Part shown: in pieces, positions 8,562 through 17,198 of the stretch
Numbering within the stretch: the stretch's first letter is position 1
Layout of the letters: each line of letters starts with the position of its first letter
Assembly (NCBI GenBank): GCA_023267375.1
Contig: JAHFNJ010000004.1
Coordinates: 513 to 64,512, forward strand
Direction: 5' to 3'
Length of the DNA: 64,000 bases
Origin: Candidatus Nomurabacteria bacterium
GTDB taxonomy: Bacteria > Patescibacteriota > Minisyncoccia > Phycocordibacterales > UBA9973
Notes under the pieces: generated by a model
Databases searched by the model: none
The model's input: only the letters and a program-made list of their open reading frames with translations
What the model was told of the DNA's origin: nothing
Translations under genes and position numbers: made by a program

Positions 8562-10052
8562 ATGTCAGACCAGAAAGTAGTCACTCGTTTTGCTCCGTCG
8601 CCGACGGGTTTTTTGCATGTGGGCGGACTCCGCACAGCTCTCTATTCTTATCTGGTTGCCAAACAAAATAACGGTACGTTTATGCTCCGTATCGAAGACA
8701 CCGATCGCGAACGATATGTGGAAGGCGGTATTCAAAATATCCTCGAATCACTTTACTGGGCAAACGTTATTCCTGATGAAGGAGTAACCTTGAAAAGCGG
8801 AGAAATTACTCAAACAGGTTCACATGGTCCATATGTGCAATCAGAACGGCTTTCTATCTATAAAAAATATGCCGAGCAGCTGATTGAAAATAATCACGCA
8901 TTTTATTGTTTTTGTACACCAGAACGGCTTGCCGAAGTTCGTGAGGAGCGACAAAAAAATAAATTACCGCCTGGCTACGATGGTTTTTGTAAAAAAGTAT
9001 CGAAAGAAGAAGTCGCGCAAAAATTGGCAAACAAGCAAAACCATGTCATTCGTCTCAATATGCCGGATGAAGGAGAGACTGTGTGGAAGGATCTTATTCA
9101 CGGCGAAGTATCGTTTAAGAATAGCGATGTTGATGATCAAGTTCTCATGAAGTCTGACGGCTACCCAACATACCACCTTGCTGTTGTTGTTGATGATCAT
9201 GAAATGCAGGTTAGTCATGTTATTCGAGGTGATGAGTGGATTTCTTCTACACCAAAGCATCTGCAGCTTTACAAGTATTTCGGCTGGACGGCACCACAGT
9301 TCGCGCACTTGCCACTGCTTTTAAATCCTGACAAATCAAAACTCTCAAAACGCCAAGGAGATGTTGCAGTGATTGATTACAAAGAGAAGGGCTACTTACC
9401 AGAAGCATTGGTAAACTTCGTGGCTTTTTTGGGATGGAACCCTGGAACAGAGCAGGAAATCTTCTCACTGGAGGAGTTGATAACCGCATTTACCCTTCAA
9501 AAAGTAGGGAAGTCAGGGGCTGTTTTTAATTTAGAAAAGCTTGATTGGTACAATCGTGAATATCTCAAAAAAATGAGTAGCGATGAACTCGTAAGCTATA
9601 TCACTACTTTTTTACCAGAACGTTTTAATGGAAAACTCAGTGTGGAAGCACTCAACAATCTTGCCCCGATACTTCTTGAACGAATTTCTAAAGGTAGCGA
9701 TCTAGCGCTCATGGATCACAATGGAGAACTTGGCTACTTTTTTGAACGACCTAGCTACCCTGTAGAAAAATTACTCTGGAAAAATACCGCGAAAGATATC
9801 ATTCTTTCAAATATTGAAGACGCGCTGCAAGAACTTGGGTCACTACCCGAAGATGCTTTTTCTGTGGAACAACTAAAAGAGAAAATAATGGAATTCTTGA
9901 AAGATAAGGAGAAAGGACCGATGCTCCATCCGTTACGTTTTTCGCTCTCAGGTCTCGATAAATCACCAGATCCATTTGTCATAGCGTCAGTTCTAGGTAA
10001 AACAGAAACACTTGAACGCCTAAAAATTGCAAAAGAGCTACTTGCCAAGTAG
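8562..10052 (+). CDS. gltX: Glutamyl-tRNA synthetase
   Basis: 'PSPTGFLHVGGLRTALYSY' HIGH region, 'KLSKRQG' KMSKS. Confidence 0.9.
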   Translation: MSDQKVVTRFAPSPTGFLHVGGLRTALYSYLVAKQNNGTFMLRIEDTDRERYVEGGIQNILESLYWANVIPDEGVTLKSGEITQTGSHGPYVQSERLSIYKKYAEQLIENNHAFYCFCTPERLAEVREERQKNKLPPGYDGFCKKVSKEEVAQKLANKQNHVIRLNMPDEGETVWKDLIHGEVSFKNSDVDDQVLMKSDGYPTYHLAVVVDDHEMQVSHVIRGDEWISSTPKHLQLYKYFGWTAPQFAHLPLLLNPDKSKLSKRQGDVAVIDYKEKGYLPEALVNFVAFLGWNPGTEQEIFSLEELITAFTLQKVGKSGAVFNLEKLDWYNREYLKKMSSDELVSYITTFLPERFNGKLSVEALNNLAPILLERISKGSDLALMDHNGELGYFFERPSYPVEKLLWKNTAKDIILSNIEDALQELGSLPEDAFSVEQLKEKIMEFLKDKEKGPMLHPLRFSLSGLDKSPDPFVIASVLGKTETLERLKIAKELLAK

Positions 10053-10063
10053 AATAAGAAGAC

Positions 10064-11359
10064 ATGAAGTCGTCTTCAACATTTTTTTCGATACTACTTG
10101 GATTTTTCTTGATTCTTTCAGTAGTACTCATACCGGAAGTTAGCCAGGCGCTGACCGCACAGGAGTTGAAAGATAAGATTGCTGGACAAAACCAGCAAAT
10201 AGATGCCCTTGAAGAAGAAATTGCTTCCTATCAGAAACAGCTGGCAGGTATTGGTCAGCAAAAAGCAACGCTCTCGCAAAATCTTCAAGAATTGGATGTC
10301 ACCACCAAAAAACTACGCGCGCAACAAAAAGTAATCGAACAAAAAATTGCGATTAAAGATGAAGATCTTGGAAATTTGAGTGGACAAATTGACCAGAAAG
10401 GGCAAAATATCGTCACACACAAAGGCGCACTCGGTGAGTCTATTCGCTTTCTTGATCGAGCAGAAGCAGAACCGCTTATTGTTGGTATGCTTCGCAGCCA
10501 AAGTATTTCAGAAAGCTGGCAAGCAGTAGACCAACTTTCCTTTTTTGAAAAAAGTATAAAAGATAATATTGGACAACTTGCGACCGACAAGGACGAACTT
10601 GAAGATACAAAGACTGTTACCGAGAAAGCAAAAAAAGAACTTGTTGCGCTTAAAAACGATCTCTTAGATCAGAAAAAAATAGTTGATGGCACCGTTGCTG
10701 AAAAAAATAAACTATTGAAAGAGACAAAAAACCAAGAATCAAGCTACGCCACACTACTTGCGCAAAAAATTGCATTACGAGATTCCTTCGCTAAAGAAAT
10801 TGAGAGTTACGAATCACAACTTAAGTATGTGCTCGATCCAAAGTCGCTTCCGAAAGCAGGCTCAGCTCCCTTATCATGGCCGCTTGATACCATATATGTC
10901 ACACAGCTCTTCGGCAAAACATCCTCTTCCGGAAGGCTCTACGCCTCTGGGTCGCATAGTGGCGTAGACTTTCGTGCATCTGTCGGTACACCAGTTAGAG
11001 CTATGGCAGACGGGGTAATCGCAGGCACAGGGAACACTGATATTGTCTGCCGAGGTGCTTCGTGGGGCAATTTCGTCTTTATAAAGTATGATAATGGCCT
11101 CGCGAGCACATTTGGACACCTTTCACTTATAAAAGCCAAGAAGGGGCAGCGTGTCAGCCGAGGGGATGTGGTGGCGTATAGTGGCAATACAGGCTATTCC
11201 ACAGGCCCACACTTACATGTATCCGTTTACGCACGCGACGCTGTGGAGCTGACGACAAAACCATCGCTTACTTGTAAGGGTAAGATCCTGACTCAGCCGA
11301 TCGCTCCGACAAACACCTACCTTGACCCGATGCTTTACCTGCCAAAATACAACTCTTGA
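10064..11359 (+). CDS. Secreted coiled-coil plus M23 (LytM) peptidase-domain protein (EnvC-like)
   Basis: Signal peptide, long heptad-rich region, C-terminal 'GVDFRASVGTPVRAMADGVI...GYSTGPHLHVSVY' M23 motifs. Confidence 0.8.
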   Translation: MKSSSTFFSILLGFFLILSVVLIPEVSQALTAQELKDKIAGQNQQIDALEEEIASYQKQLAGIGQQKATLSQNLQELDVTTKKLRAQQKVIEQKIAIKDEDLGNLSGQIDQKGQNIVTHKGALGESIRFLDRAEAEPLIVGMLRSQSISESWQAVDQLSFFEKSIKDNIGQLATDKDELEDTKTVTEKAKKELVALKNDLLDQKKIVDGTVAEKNKLLKETKNQESSYATLLAQKIALRDSFAKEIESYESQLKYVLDPKSLPKAGSAPLSWPLDTIYVTQLFGKTSSSGRLYASGSHSGVDFRASVGTPVRAMADGVIAGTGNTDIVCRGASWGNFVFIKYDNGLASTFGHLSLIKAKKGQRVSRGDVVAYSGNTGYSTGPHLHVSVYARDAVELTTKPSLTCKGKILTQPIAPTNTYLDPMLYLPKYNS

Positions 11360-11396
11360 TTATTATCAGATTAACGACTATTATCATCTCAACGAT

Positions 11397-12140
11397 ATGG
11401 CATACCTCGCCGCAATCATAAGCACACTCGCCATTAGCCTCATTTCTCTCGTGGGTGTTTTTTCCTTGTCTCTAAAAGAAGAATTTCTACGTAAATATAT
11501 TTTTTTATTCGTCAGTCTTGCTGTTGGAGCATTGTTGGGTGACGCATTCATCCATTTGATTCCTGAATCATTTGAAACGCTGCAGAACAATACAACTGCC
11601 AGCTTACTCATTATTGCTGGGATATTTCTTTTTTTTATTTTAGAAAAATTTCTCCACTGGCATCATCACAGTGATGACACTGTAGAAAATCACCCGCATC
11701 CAGTGGGGAAGCTTATTCTTTTTTCTGACGGGGTTCACAACTTCATAGACGGAATCGTGATCGGGGCGAGCTTCCTGATCAGTATTCCAATCGGTATTGC
11801 AACAACTGTTGCAGTCATACTGCATGAAATTCCACAGGAGATCGGTGATTTTGCAGTACTCTTACATGCTGGCTACACCAGGAAGAAAGCACTCTGGCTC
11901 AATTTTTTATCTGCCCTAACTGCAATTTTAGGTACTCTTGTTGCGTTTGTTCTTGGTGCTACGGGAGAAACTTTCACGACGTGGATTCTCCCCATTGCAG
12001 CAGGGGGTTTCATCTATATTGCCGTTGCGGACTTGATACCAGAATTACATAAAACAAAAGTAGTAAAACATTCATTGCTTCAATTCTTAGCTCTTGCAGT
12101 CGGAGTACTGCTAATGTTGGGTCTTCTCTTCTTGGAATAG
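11397..12140 (+). CDS. zupT: ZIP-family zinc/iron transporter
   Basis: 'HHHSDDTVENHPHP' loop and 'HEIPQEIGDFAVLLHAG' ZIP signature. The annotated ORF begins at a TTG (11322) overlapping the M23 gene; the first ATG at 11397 is the likelier start. Confidence 0.75.
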   Translation: MAYLAAIISTLAISLISLVGVFSLSLKEEFLRKYIFLFVSLAVGALLGDAFIHLIPESFETLQNNTTASLLIIAGIFLFFILEKFLHWHHHSDDTVENHPHPVGKLILFSDGVHNFIDGIVIGASFLISIPIGIATTVAVILHEIPQEIGDFAVLLHAGYTRKKALWLNFLSALTAILGTLVAFVLGATGETFTTWILPIAAGGFIYIAVADLIPELHKTKVVKHSLLQFLALAVGVLLMLGLLFLE

Positions 12141-12148
12141 CGCCCTCT

Positions 12149-12475
12149 ATGCGCTACAATTTATCTATGAATATAAAAGGGAAGCAAGGTGGCTTTATCA
12201 GGTTTGTTATCATGCTTGTTGTGGTACTGCTCATCTTGAGTTTTTTCGGTTTTGATCTCAAGGGTTTTATTGAGTCACCGACAGTACAGCACAATTTTGA
12301 GTATGTAAAAGAAAGTTCCGTGTATGTATGGAATTCGTATCTTTCTAAGCCGGTACTCCTTGTTTGGAATAGCTTTATTGTAAGTTTCCTTTATAAAGCT
12401 TTTAATGACGGACTCGAACGATTACGTGAAGGTAAAAGTCTTATCCCTGATAGTTTTACCGCACCTACATTTTAA
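12149..12475 (+). CDS. Hypothetical small membrane protein
   Basis: ORF with one TM segment; no recognised family. Confidence 0.4.
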   Translation: MRYNLSMNIKGKQGGFIRFVIMLVVVLLILSFFGFDLKGFIESPTVQHNFEYVKESSVYVWNSYLSKPVLLVWNSFIVSFLYKAFNDGLERLREGKSLIPDSFTAPTF

Positions 12476-12483
12476 ATAGAAAA

Positions 12484-12513
12484 ATAAAAGAGGCGGTGAG
12501 GCCTCTTTTTTTT
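12484..12513. terminator. Bidirectional rho-independent terminator
   Basis: 'aaaagaggcggtgaggcctctttttttt' lies between convergent genes. Confidence 0.6.
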
Positions 12514-12520
12514 ACTGTGT

Positions 12521-12844
12521 TTAGATTTCGCGAAGAATGCGCAATTGGTCTACCACTCGAGATTGTTTGTAACTGTAAATAGGAAGCACCTCTACGTGGT
12601 AAAGTTTACCTTCTTTAATGGAATAGCCATATGTTGCAGGTGGCATACAAACTATGAATAGTGAAGATTTTTTGTATCCTTTTCTATTTTTGCGCAACGG
12701 GGCAAGTGAGATTAGCAAAAGATCGTTCCATTCATTCGTTTGGGTGAAGTTTTCGAGCGCCTTATAAAAGACACCTACGCGCGGAATTCTTGGGACAATA
12801 ACCATTGCACCAAGTGATGGGGAAGTGAGTTTAGGTACTTTCAT
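12521..12844 (-). CDS. Hypothetical protein (107 aa)
   Basis: ORF only; no family recognised. Confidence 0.4.
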   Translation of the reverse strand: MKVPKLTSPSLGAMVIVPRIPRVGVFYKALENFTQTNEWNDLLLISLAPLRKNRKGYKKSSLFIVCMPPATYGYSIKEGKLYHVEVLPIYSYKQSRVVDQLRILREI

Positions 12845-12953
12845 AAGATAAGCATTTTAATTTAATGAATTTTTCTTAAATTACCATATATACCCAAAAA
12901 GTCCATCTACCACGATTACCTGTACACACCCATAGCTTCTCCTAGGGGGAATA

Positions 12954-12962
12954 TGGTATAAT
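12954..12962 (+). promoter_or_regulatory. Extended -10 promoter element TGgTATAAT upstream of the SWIB gene
   Basis: 'aatatGGTATAATagggg' lies about 80 nt upstream of the ATG at 13045. Confidence 0.45.
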
Positions 12963-13044
12963 AGGGGCCGGTATAGTTATAAGCAATTATTATTTAATTA
13001 CACGGTCAACTAGAGCTTCCGCAATAGTAGACCAAAGAAATTGT

Positions 13045-13302
13045 ATGGCAGAAAAAAAAGTATCCGCGTTTATGAAGCCAATGAAGTTGACTGCTGAGCT
13101 AGAAGCAGTGGTAGGAAAAGGACCAATGCCTCGTTCTGAAGTCGTCAAAGGACTTTGGGTATACATCAAGAAGAACAATCTTCAAGACCCAAAGAATAAG
13201 CGCAACATCAATGCTGATGACAAACTAAAAGTAGTATTTGGTGGTAAGGCTGTCGTCAACATGTTCGAAATGACGAAACTTGTTTCCAAGCACCTTTCCT
13301 AA
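13045..13302 (+). CDS. SWIB/MDM2-domain protein (85 aa)
   Basis: 'LTAELEAVVGKGPMPRSEVVKGLWVYIKKNNLQDPKNKRNINADDKLKVVFG' matches the SWIB domain consensus. Confidence 0.75.
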   Translation: MAEKKVSAFMKPMKLTAELEAVVGKGPMPRSEVVKGLWVYIKKNNLQDPKNKRNINADDKLKVVFGGKAVVNMFEMTKLVSKHLS

Positions 13303-13303
13303 T

Positions 13304-13417
13304 ATGGCAAAAAGAGCAAACCAAGGAATCAAGAACAAAAAATCTCGATCTCCAAAGACAAAGAAACGACTCGAAATCAAGCGTGCACGCATGATGAGTC
13401 ACAAGAAGAGACAATAA
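13304..13417 (+). CDS. Lys/Arg-rich micro-ORF (37 aa, MAKRANQGIKNKKSRSPKTKKRLEIKRARMMSHKKRQ) coupled to SWIB stop (TAATATG)
   Basis: Read directly: ATG 13304, TAA 13415-13417, followed by a terminator hairpin. Below the 60-aa track cutoff. Confidence 0.3.
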   Translation: MAKRANQGIKNKKSRSPKTKKRLEIKRARMMSHKKRQ

Positions 13418-13437
13418 GACTTATATTTTTCTTCATT

Positions 13438-13472
13438 AAAAAAGGCAGCCTTTACCGGTATGCCTTTTTTAA
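13438..13472 (+). terminator. Rho-independent terminator after SWIB/micro-ORF
   Basis: 'aaaaaaggcagcctttaccggtatgcctttttt'. Confidence 0.5.
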
Positions 13473-13508
13473 TTCTCGGTCTCTTATTTTTTTGCTATAC
13501 TGTACTCC

Positions 13509-13961
13509 ATGAATTTAAAAATGGAGAATTTACTGAAAAGCGGGCGTCTGCATAAACGACTCGTGGTGCGTCTCACAATGTTTGTTATCATTCTTTTTAC
13601 TATCGGTGGAGTACTAGCGTATGATATTCTCTTTCGCGAACTCATGTGGATGCCAGTTGTCGGATTCGCCTCATTTGGTTTTATTTTAGGTTTCTTTTTG
13701 TTCCGACATATCACCAAGATTACCTGGGATGAAGAGAAGGAAGTCGTTTCTATTGGAAAATTCGATATTGCCAGTTTCGTAATTCTGCTCATTTACGTCG
13801 GATACCGGCTTTTAGTAAAACTCTTCTTAGAGAGCCATTTTACGAGCGCTATTGCCATCTCAGGCTTCAGTCTAGCGATACTCTTCGGCGGTATGGCGGG
13901 ACGATTGGTCGGTACACGACATGCGATCAAGCGGACGCATGAAGAAAATGCAAACCAGTAA
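13509..13961 (+). CDS. Hypothetical polytopic membrane protein (150 aa)
   Basis: 3-4 predicted TM helices; no family recognised. Confidence 0.45.
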   Translation: MNLKMENLLKSGRLHKRLVVRLTMFVIILFTIGGVLAYDILFRELMWMPVVGFASFGFILGFFLFRHITKITWDEEKEVVSIGKFDIASFVILLIYVGYRLLVKLFLESHFTSAIAISGFSLAILFGGMAGRLVGTRHAIKRTHEENANQ

Positions 13962-14084
13962 AAGATAGTTGGGATATATTATTAGTAAATAACCATTTTT
14001 CACACTATGGCAAAAGGAAATGATTCTCGAAGAAAAGAGAAGAAGAAACCAAAAAAGGAAAAGGCAAAATAGTCTTCTTCTGTA

Positions 14085-14116
14085 GAAAAAAACCGCTCAT
14101 TACGAGCGGTTTTTTC
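14085..14116. terminator. Bidirectional terminator (serves mscL on minus strand)
   Basis: 'aaaaaaaccgctcattacgagcggttttttc'. Confidence 0.6.
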
Positions 14117-14517
14117 TATGCGACAACTTGTGTGCAGTGAGCACAACGTTTGGCTTCTATTGGAATCTCGCTCAAACATTCTGTACATTTTTTAGTAGTC
14201 GGGTCAGCTGGCGGACCTTTACGAGAGCGCGCAACGAGCAGATTCATCGGCTTCACAATGAAGAAGAAAATTGCAGCCGAAACCAAGATAAATGATATGA
14301 TTGCATTGATCAGATCGCCGTACATGAACTGACTGCCGTTTATGGTGAATGAAAGACCGGCAAAGTCTGGGAGTTTTGCAATAGCAGAGATGAGTGGAGT
14401 GAGAAAATCTTTCACCAGAGCAGTGACCACCGTTCCAAACGCAGCACCGACCACCACACCGACCGCCAGATCAACAACATTGCCACGTAGTAAAAATTGT
14501 TTGAATTCTTTAAGCAT
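14116..14517 (-). CDS. mscL: Large-conductance mechanosensitive channel
   Basis: 'LKEFKQFLLRGNVVDLAVGVVVGAAFGTVV' MscL TM1 signature; the C-terminal Cys cluster is unusual. Confidence 0.85.
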   Translation of the reverse strand: MLKEFKQFLLRGNVVDLAVGVVVGAAFGTVVTALVKDFLTPLISAIAKLPDFAGLSFTINGSQFMYGDLINAIISFILVSAAIFFFIVKPMNLLVARSRKGPPADPTTKKCTECLSEIPIEAKRCAHCTQVVA

Positions 14518-14538
14518 GATAATTAGAAATTACTAATA

Positions 14539-14955
14539 ATGATATTTTCATGGTATCGCAAAAAGAAGAAAAAGTATACAAGAAAACGCACCTCAAACAG
14601 TGTCGCCCGTATACAAGCACGACTATTCATTCATGAACGCCTCACATACTGGAATCAATTCTATAACTTTTCCTATAAACGGGTGTTCATCAAAAACCAG
14701 AAAACGCGGTGGGGGAGTTGCTCGAAGAATGGCAATCTGAACTTCAATTATAAAATCATCTACTTACCACCGCATCTCGCCGACTACATTATCGTCCATG
14801 AATTATGCCATCTCGGAGAATTCAATCATTCAAAGCGTTTTTGGAATCTCGTTGAAAAAACTATTCCTGAATATGCTCGTTGTAAAAATGAGCTCCGAAC
14901 CATCTCGCAGAACGGTTTCCACCAGCAACTTTTCCGTAGTACAATAAAAGTATGA
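14539..14955 (+). CDS. YgjP/DUF45-like metal-dependent hydrolase (HExxH 'HELCH')
   Basis: 'TRWGSCS...NFNYKIIYLPPHLADYIIVHELCHLGEFNHSKRFW' matches DUF45. Confidence 0.65.
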   Translation: MIFSWYRKKKKKYTRKRTSNSVARIQARLFIHERLTYWNQFYNFSYKRVFIKNQKTRWGSCSKNGNLNFNYKIIYLPPHLADYIIVHELCHLGEFNHSKRFWNLVEKTIPEYARCKNELRTISQNGFHQQLFRSTIKV

Positions 14956-15701
14956 GCAGACTTTCACGACAAGGAAAAATAGTAGTCTGGGGAATCATTC
15001 TAATCTTCCTCGCTATTTTTATCATGCGTTTTTATGCGAACACCCCCGTTCAAGAGATTGTAGTGGAACCCATAGCTTTTGTTGCTACGCCAGGAACATA
15101 CTGTTTCTCGCGTAATCAAATTGCAACACCTGATGAGCCTTATAGCGCCGAAGAACATATTGTCCTCCATATTGCGGATGATAAAACTGTTTCAGGAACA
15201 AAGACCGGGAATCAAGCTGGTCCTGATATGACCAATGGCTATACGGGGACACTCTCAGGCGCACTTACTGACAATACAATGGAACTTACCTATGCCTACA
15301 CAGTTGAAGGTTCTTCCGCAAAAGAGCTTGAAGTGTACGTCATGGATACCAGTACGCTTACCAAGAAACGCTGGGTGCTCGTTGAGCAAGACAAGGTGCT
15401 CGTACCAGATAGAGTTGGTGATCCAAAGCTTATTGTCTATACCAAAGAAAATTGTCCTGACGCAACAAACACAACGACAGACCAAGCACTTGTTGAGCAA
15501 TATATTCGAGCGAATATCAAAACACTCGCGCCAGAAGAACCAATCCTTGGCGGAAATTGGTACGTGATCAGCGTCACTACTGATATGGCAACAAAGAGCG
15601 GTACGATGGTTTATGAAGATGGGCATATTCAAGGCAAAGCAACTTTCAAATACACGGTAAGCGGCGGAGCGGTTACTGTCAGTGATATCAAAAAACAATA
15701 G
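14952..15701 (+). CDS. Hypothetical membrane-anchored (N-terminal TM) extracytoplasmic protein
   Basis: ATGA overlap with the YgjP-like gene; no family recognised. Confidence 0.45.
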   Translation: MSRLSRQGKIVVWGIILIFLAIFIMRFYANTPVQEIVVEPIAFVATPGTYCFSRNQIATPDEPYSAEEHIVLHIADDKTVSGTKTGNQAGPDMTNGYTGTLSGALTDNTMELTYAYTVEGSSAKELEVYVMDTSTLTKKRWVLVEQDKVLVPDRVGDPKLIVYTKENCPDATNTTTDQALVEQYIRANIKTLAPEEPILGGNWYVISVTTDMATKSGTMVYEDGHIQGKATFKYTVSGGAVTVSDIKKQ

Positions 15702-15835
15702 TAGAAAAATTTTTCAGAAAAGGGGAGTCTGCTCTGTTTCTTTGACATTGTCGGCAATGTCACGTACACTTAGTGCCTTAGTTAGAAAGCAGCACAAAAG
15801 TCGGGTTTCTCACGCGTAAAAAATATAACAATCAT

Positions 15836-16039
15836 ATGAACACAGGAACAATCAAAACACTCATTTCAGATAAGGGATTCGGATTTATCTCTCGCGAAGG
15901 CGAGGCGAAAGATCTTTTCTTTCATTCAAAAGAGTTGAAAGGTGTAATGTTTGATGAACTCAAAGTTGGCGATACTGTCACTTTCGAGATCACTCAAGGC
16001 GACAAAGGCCCAGCAGCTACGAACGTATCACGCGCGTAA
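15836..16039 (+). CDS. Cold-shock protein (CspA family)
   Basis: 'GTIKTLISDKGFGFISREGEAKDLFFH' RNP1/RNP2 motifs. Confidence 0.85.
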   Translation: MNTGTIKTLISDKGFGFISREGEAKDLFFHSKELKGVMFDELKVGDTVTFEITQGDKGPAATNVSRA

Positions 16040-16057
16040 GCTACTGACATCAGAAAA

Positions 16058-16091
16058 AAGCCGCTTAGATGTAAATCTAAGCGGCTTTTTC
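16058..16091 (+). terminator. Rho-independent terminator after csp
   Basis: 'aagccgcttagatgtaaatctaagcggcttttt'. Confidence 0.65.
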
Positions 16092-16182
16092 TATGCCGTG
16101 TAAAAAATTGACAAATTTACGTTATTTATGTTACTTTGATAAAAATTCAAACTAAATTCAAACTAAAAAAGAATAACCAAAA

Positions 16183-16599
16183 ATGGCTACACCAAAAACT
16201 ATTCCCCTCGGTAAGGAAATAAGTTTCCTTCTCCTTGGCAGTGAACTTTCAAATACCTATGTCGGAGAAAAAGGTAAAAGGGTAAGTCTTAGTGATAAAC
16301 TAAAAGAATTTCTCGCAAAAAATCACTTTCGTGCATTGTTTAATGCAGACGGTGCTACCACCACATTCTCTATTTTTATAAACAGAGTTGGTGGTAAGAA
16401 CGTAAGCGGACGCGAGATGAAATTTTACCTACGCTTGAACGAGTTTAAGGTTTTTATTCTTGAAGAAGACGTGAAAGTTGAGAAGAAAAAGATCACACTT
16501 CTTTATAAAAAACTTGCCTGGATAGCTAAAAAAATTAACATGGTGTATGTCCCCGTCACCTATGGAGGCAGCACATTCTTCTTGAAAGCAGACGAGTAG
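16183..16599 (+). CDS. Hypothetical protein (138 aa)
   Basis: ORF only. Confidence 0.45.
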   Translation: MATPKTIPLGKEISFLLLGSELSNTYVGEKGKRVSLSDKLKEFLAKNHFRALFNADGATTTFSIFINRVGGKNVSGREMKFYLRLNEFKVFILEEDVKVEKKKITLLYKKLAWIAKKINMVYVPVTYGGSTFFLKADE

Positions 16600-16625
16600 G
16601 GTAGGGAGTTCACAAAAAAACCTGA

Positions 16626-16661
16626 AGGCGTTATCAAATAAATCAGATAACGCCTTTTTGT
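16626..16661 (+). terminator. Rho-independent terminator
   Basis: 'aaggcgttatcaaataaatcagataacgcctttttg'. Confidence 0.65.
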
Positions 16662-16700
16662 ATACGTTTATATATTAGCAGGCTCGGCTCCTCCAAGCGA

Positions 16701-16794
16701 AATATTGCCGTTTTAAAAATATTGCGGAAGCTGACGAGCTGAGCATAGCAATCCGCCAACAGGCGGATATGCGTGTTTTTAAAACGGCAATATT
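16701..16794. repeat. 19-bp perfect inverted repeat (aatattgccgttttaaaaa / tttttaaaacggcaatatt) enclosing a 56-nt loop with a nested hairpin
   Basis: Read directly from the sequence; lies in the non-coding leader of the DEAD-box helicase gene. Confidence 0.6.
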
Positions 16795-16996
16795 GAGCGA
16801 CATTTGACAAAATAGGGGATATAAGATACTATATCAGGGTAAGTCACATCTCATCAGTTTTTGTTTTTGAGCCTTATGGCATCAGAAATATAGGGGCGAT
16901 TAATCCTTATTAGAAAACTCATGGATTAAGTCGCGCCTTACATCAGAATTCATCACAAAAATAACCGTATAAAAACCCGGACACTTGGCAGTCGAA

Positions 16997-17095
16997 GAGG
17001 TTGAAATTTCGGTCTAAAAATGATTTTCGTCGGTCAACGATGCACCACATCGTTTCCATCCTCATCCTCATTTTTTGCCTCGAAATTTCAACCTC
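16997..17095. repeat. 15-bp perfect inverted repeat (gaggttgaaatttcg / cgaaatttcaacctc) enclosing 69 nt with a nested hairpin aacgatg..catcgtt
   Basis: Read directly; about 100 nt upstream of the helicase ATG. Confidence 0.6.
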
Positions 17096-17198
17096 CCGCC
17101 AAGCCATTATTTTTGAGATGAATTCTCGCTTATTAAAGAAGAAACAGCGGAAAGAAATTCCACTCTGATTCTTCATAACTGCGACTAAAGAAAAATAA

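Noticed and set aside
16943-17176. 77-aa minus-strand ORF inside the helicase leader
   Set aside because: It overlaps the 15-bp inverted repeat and hairpins, has odd composition (MKNQSGISFRCFFFNKREF...) and no start context. More likely it is non-coding structured RNA.
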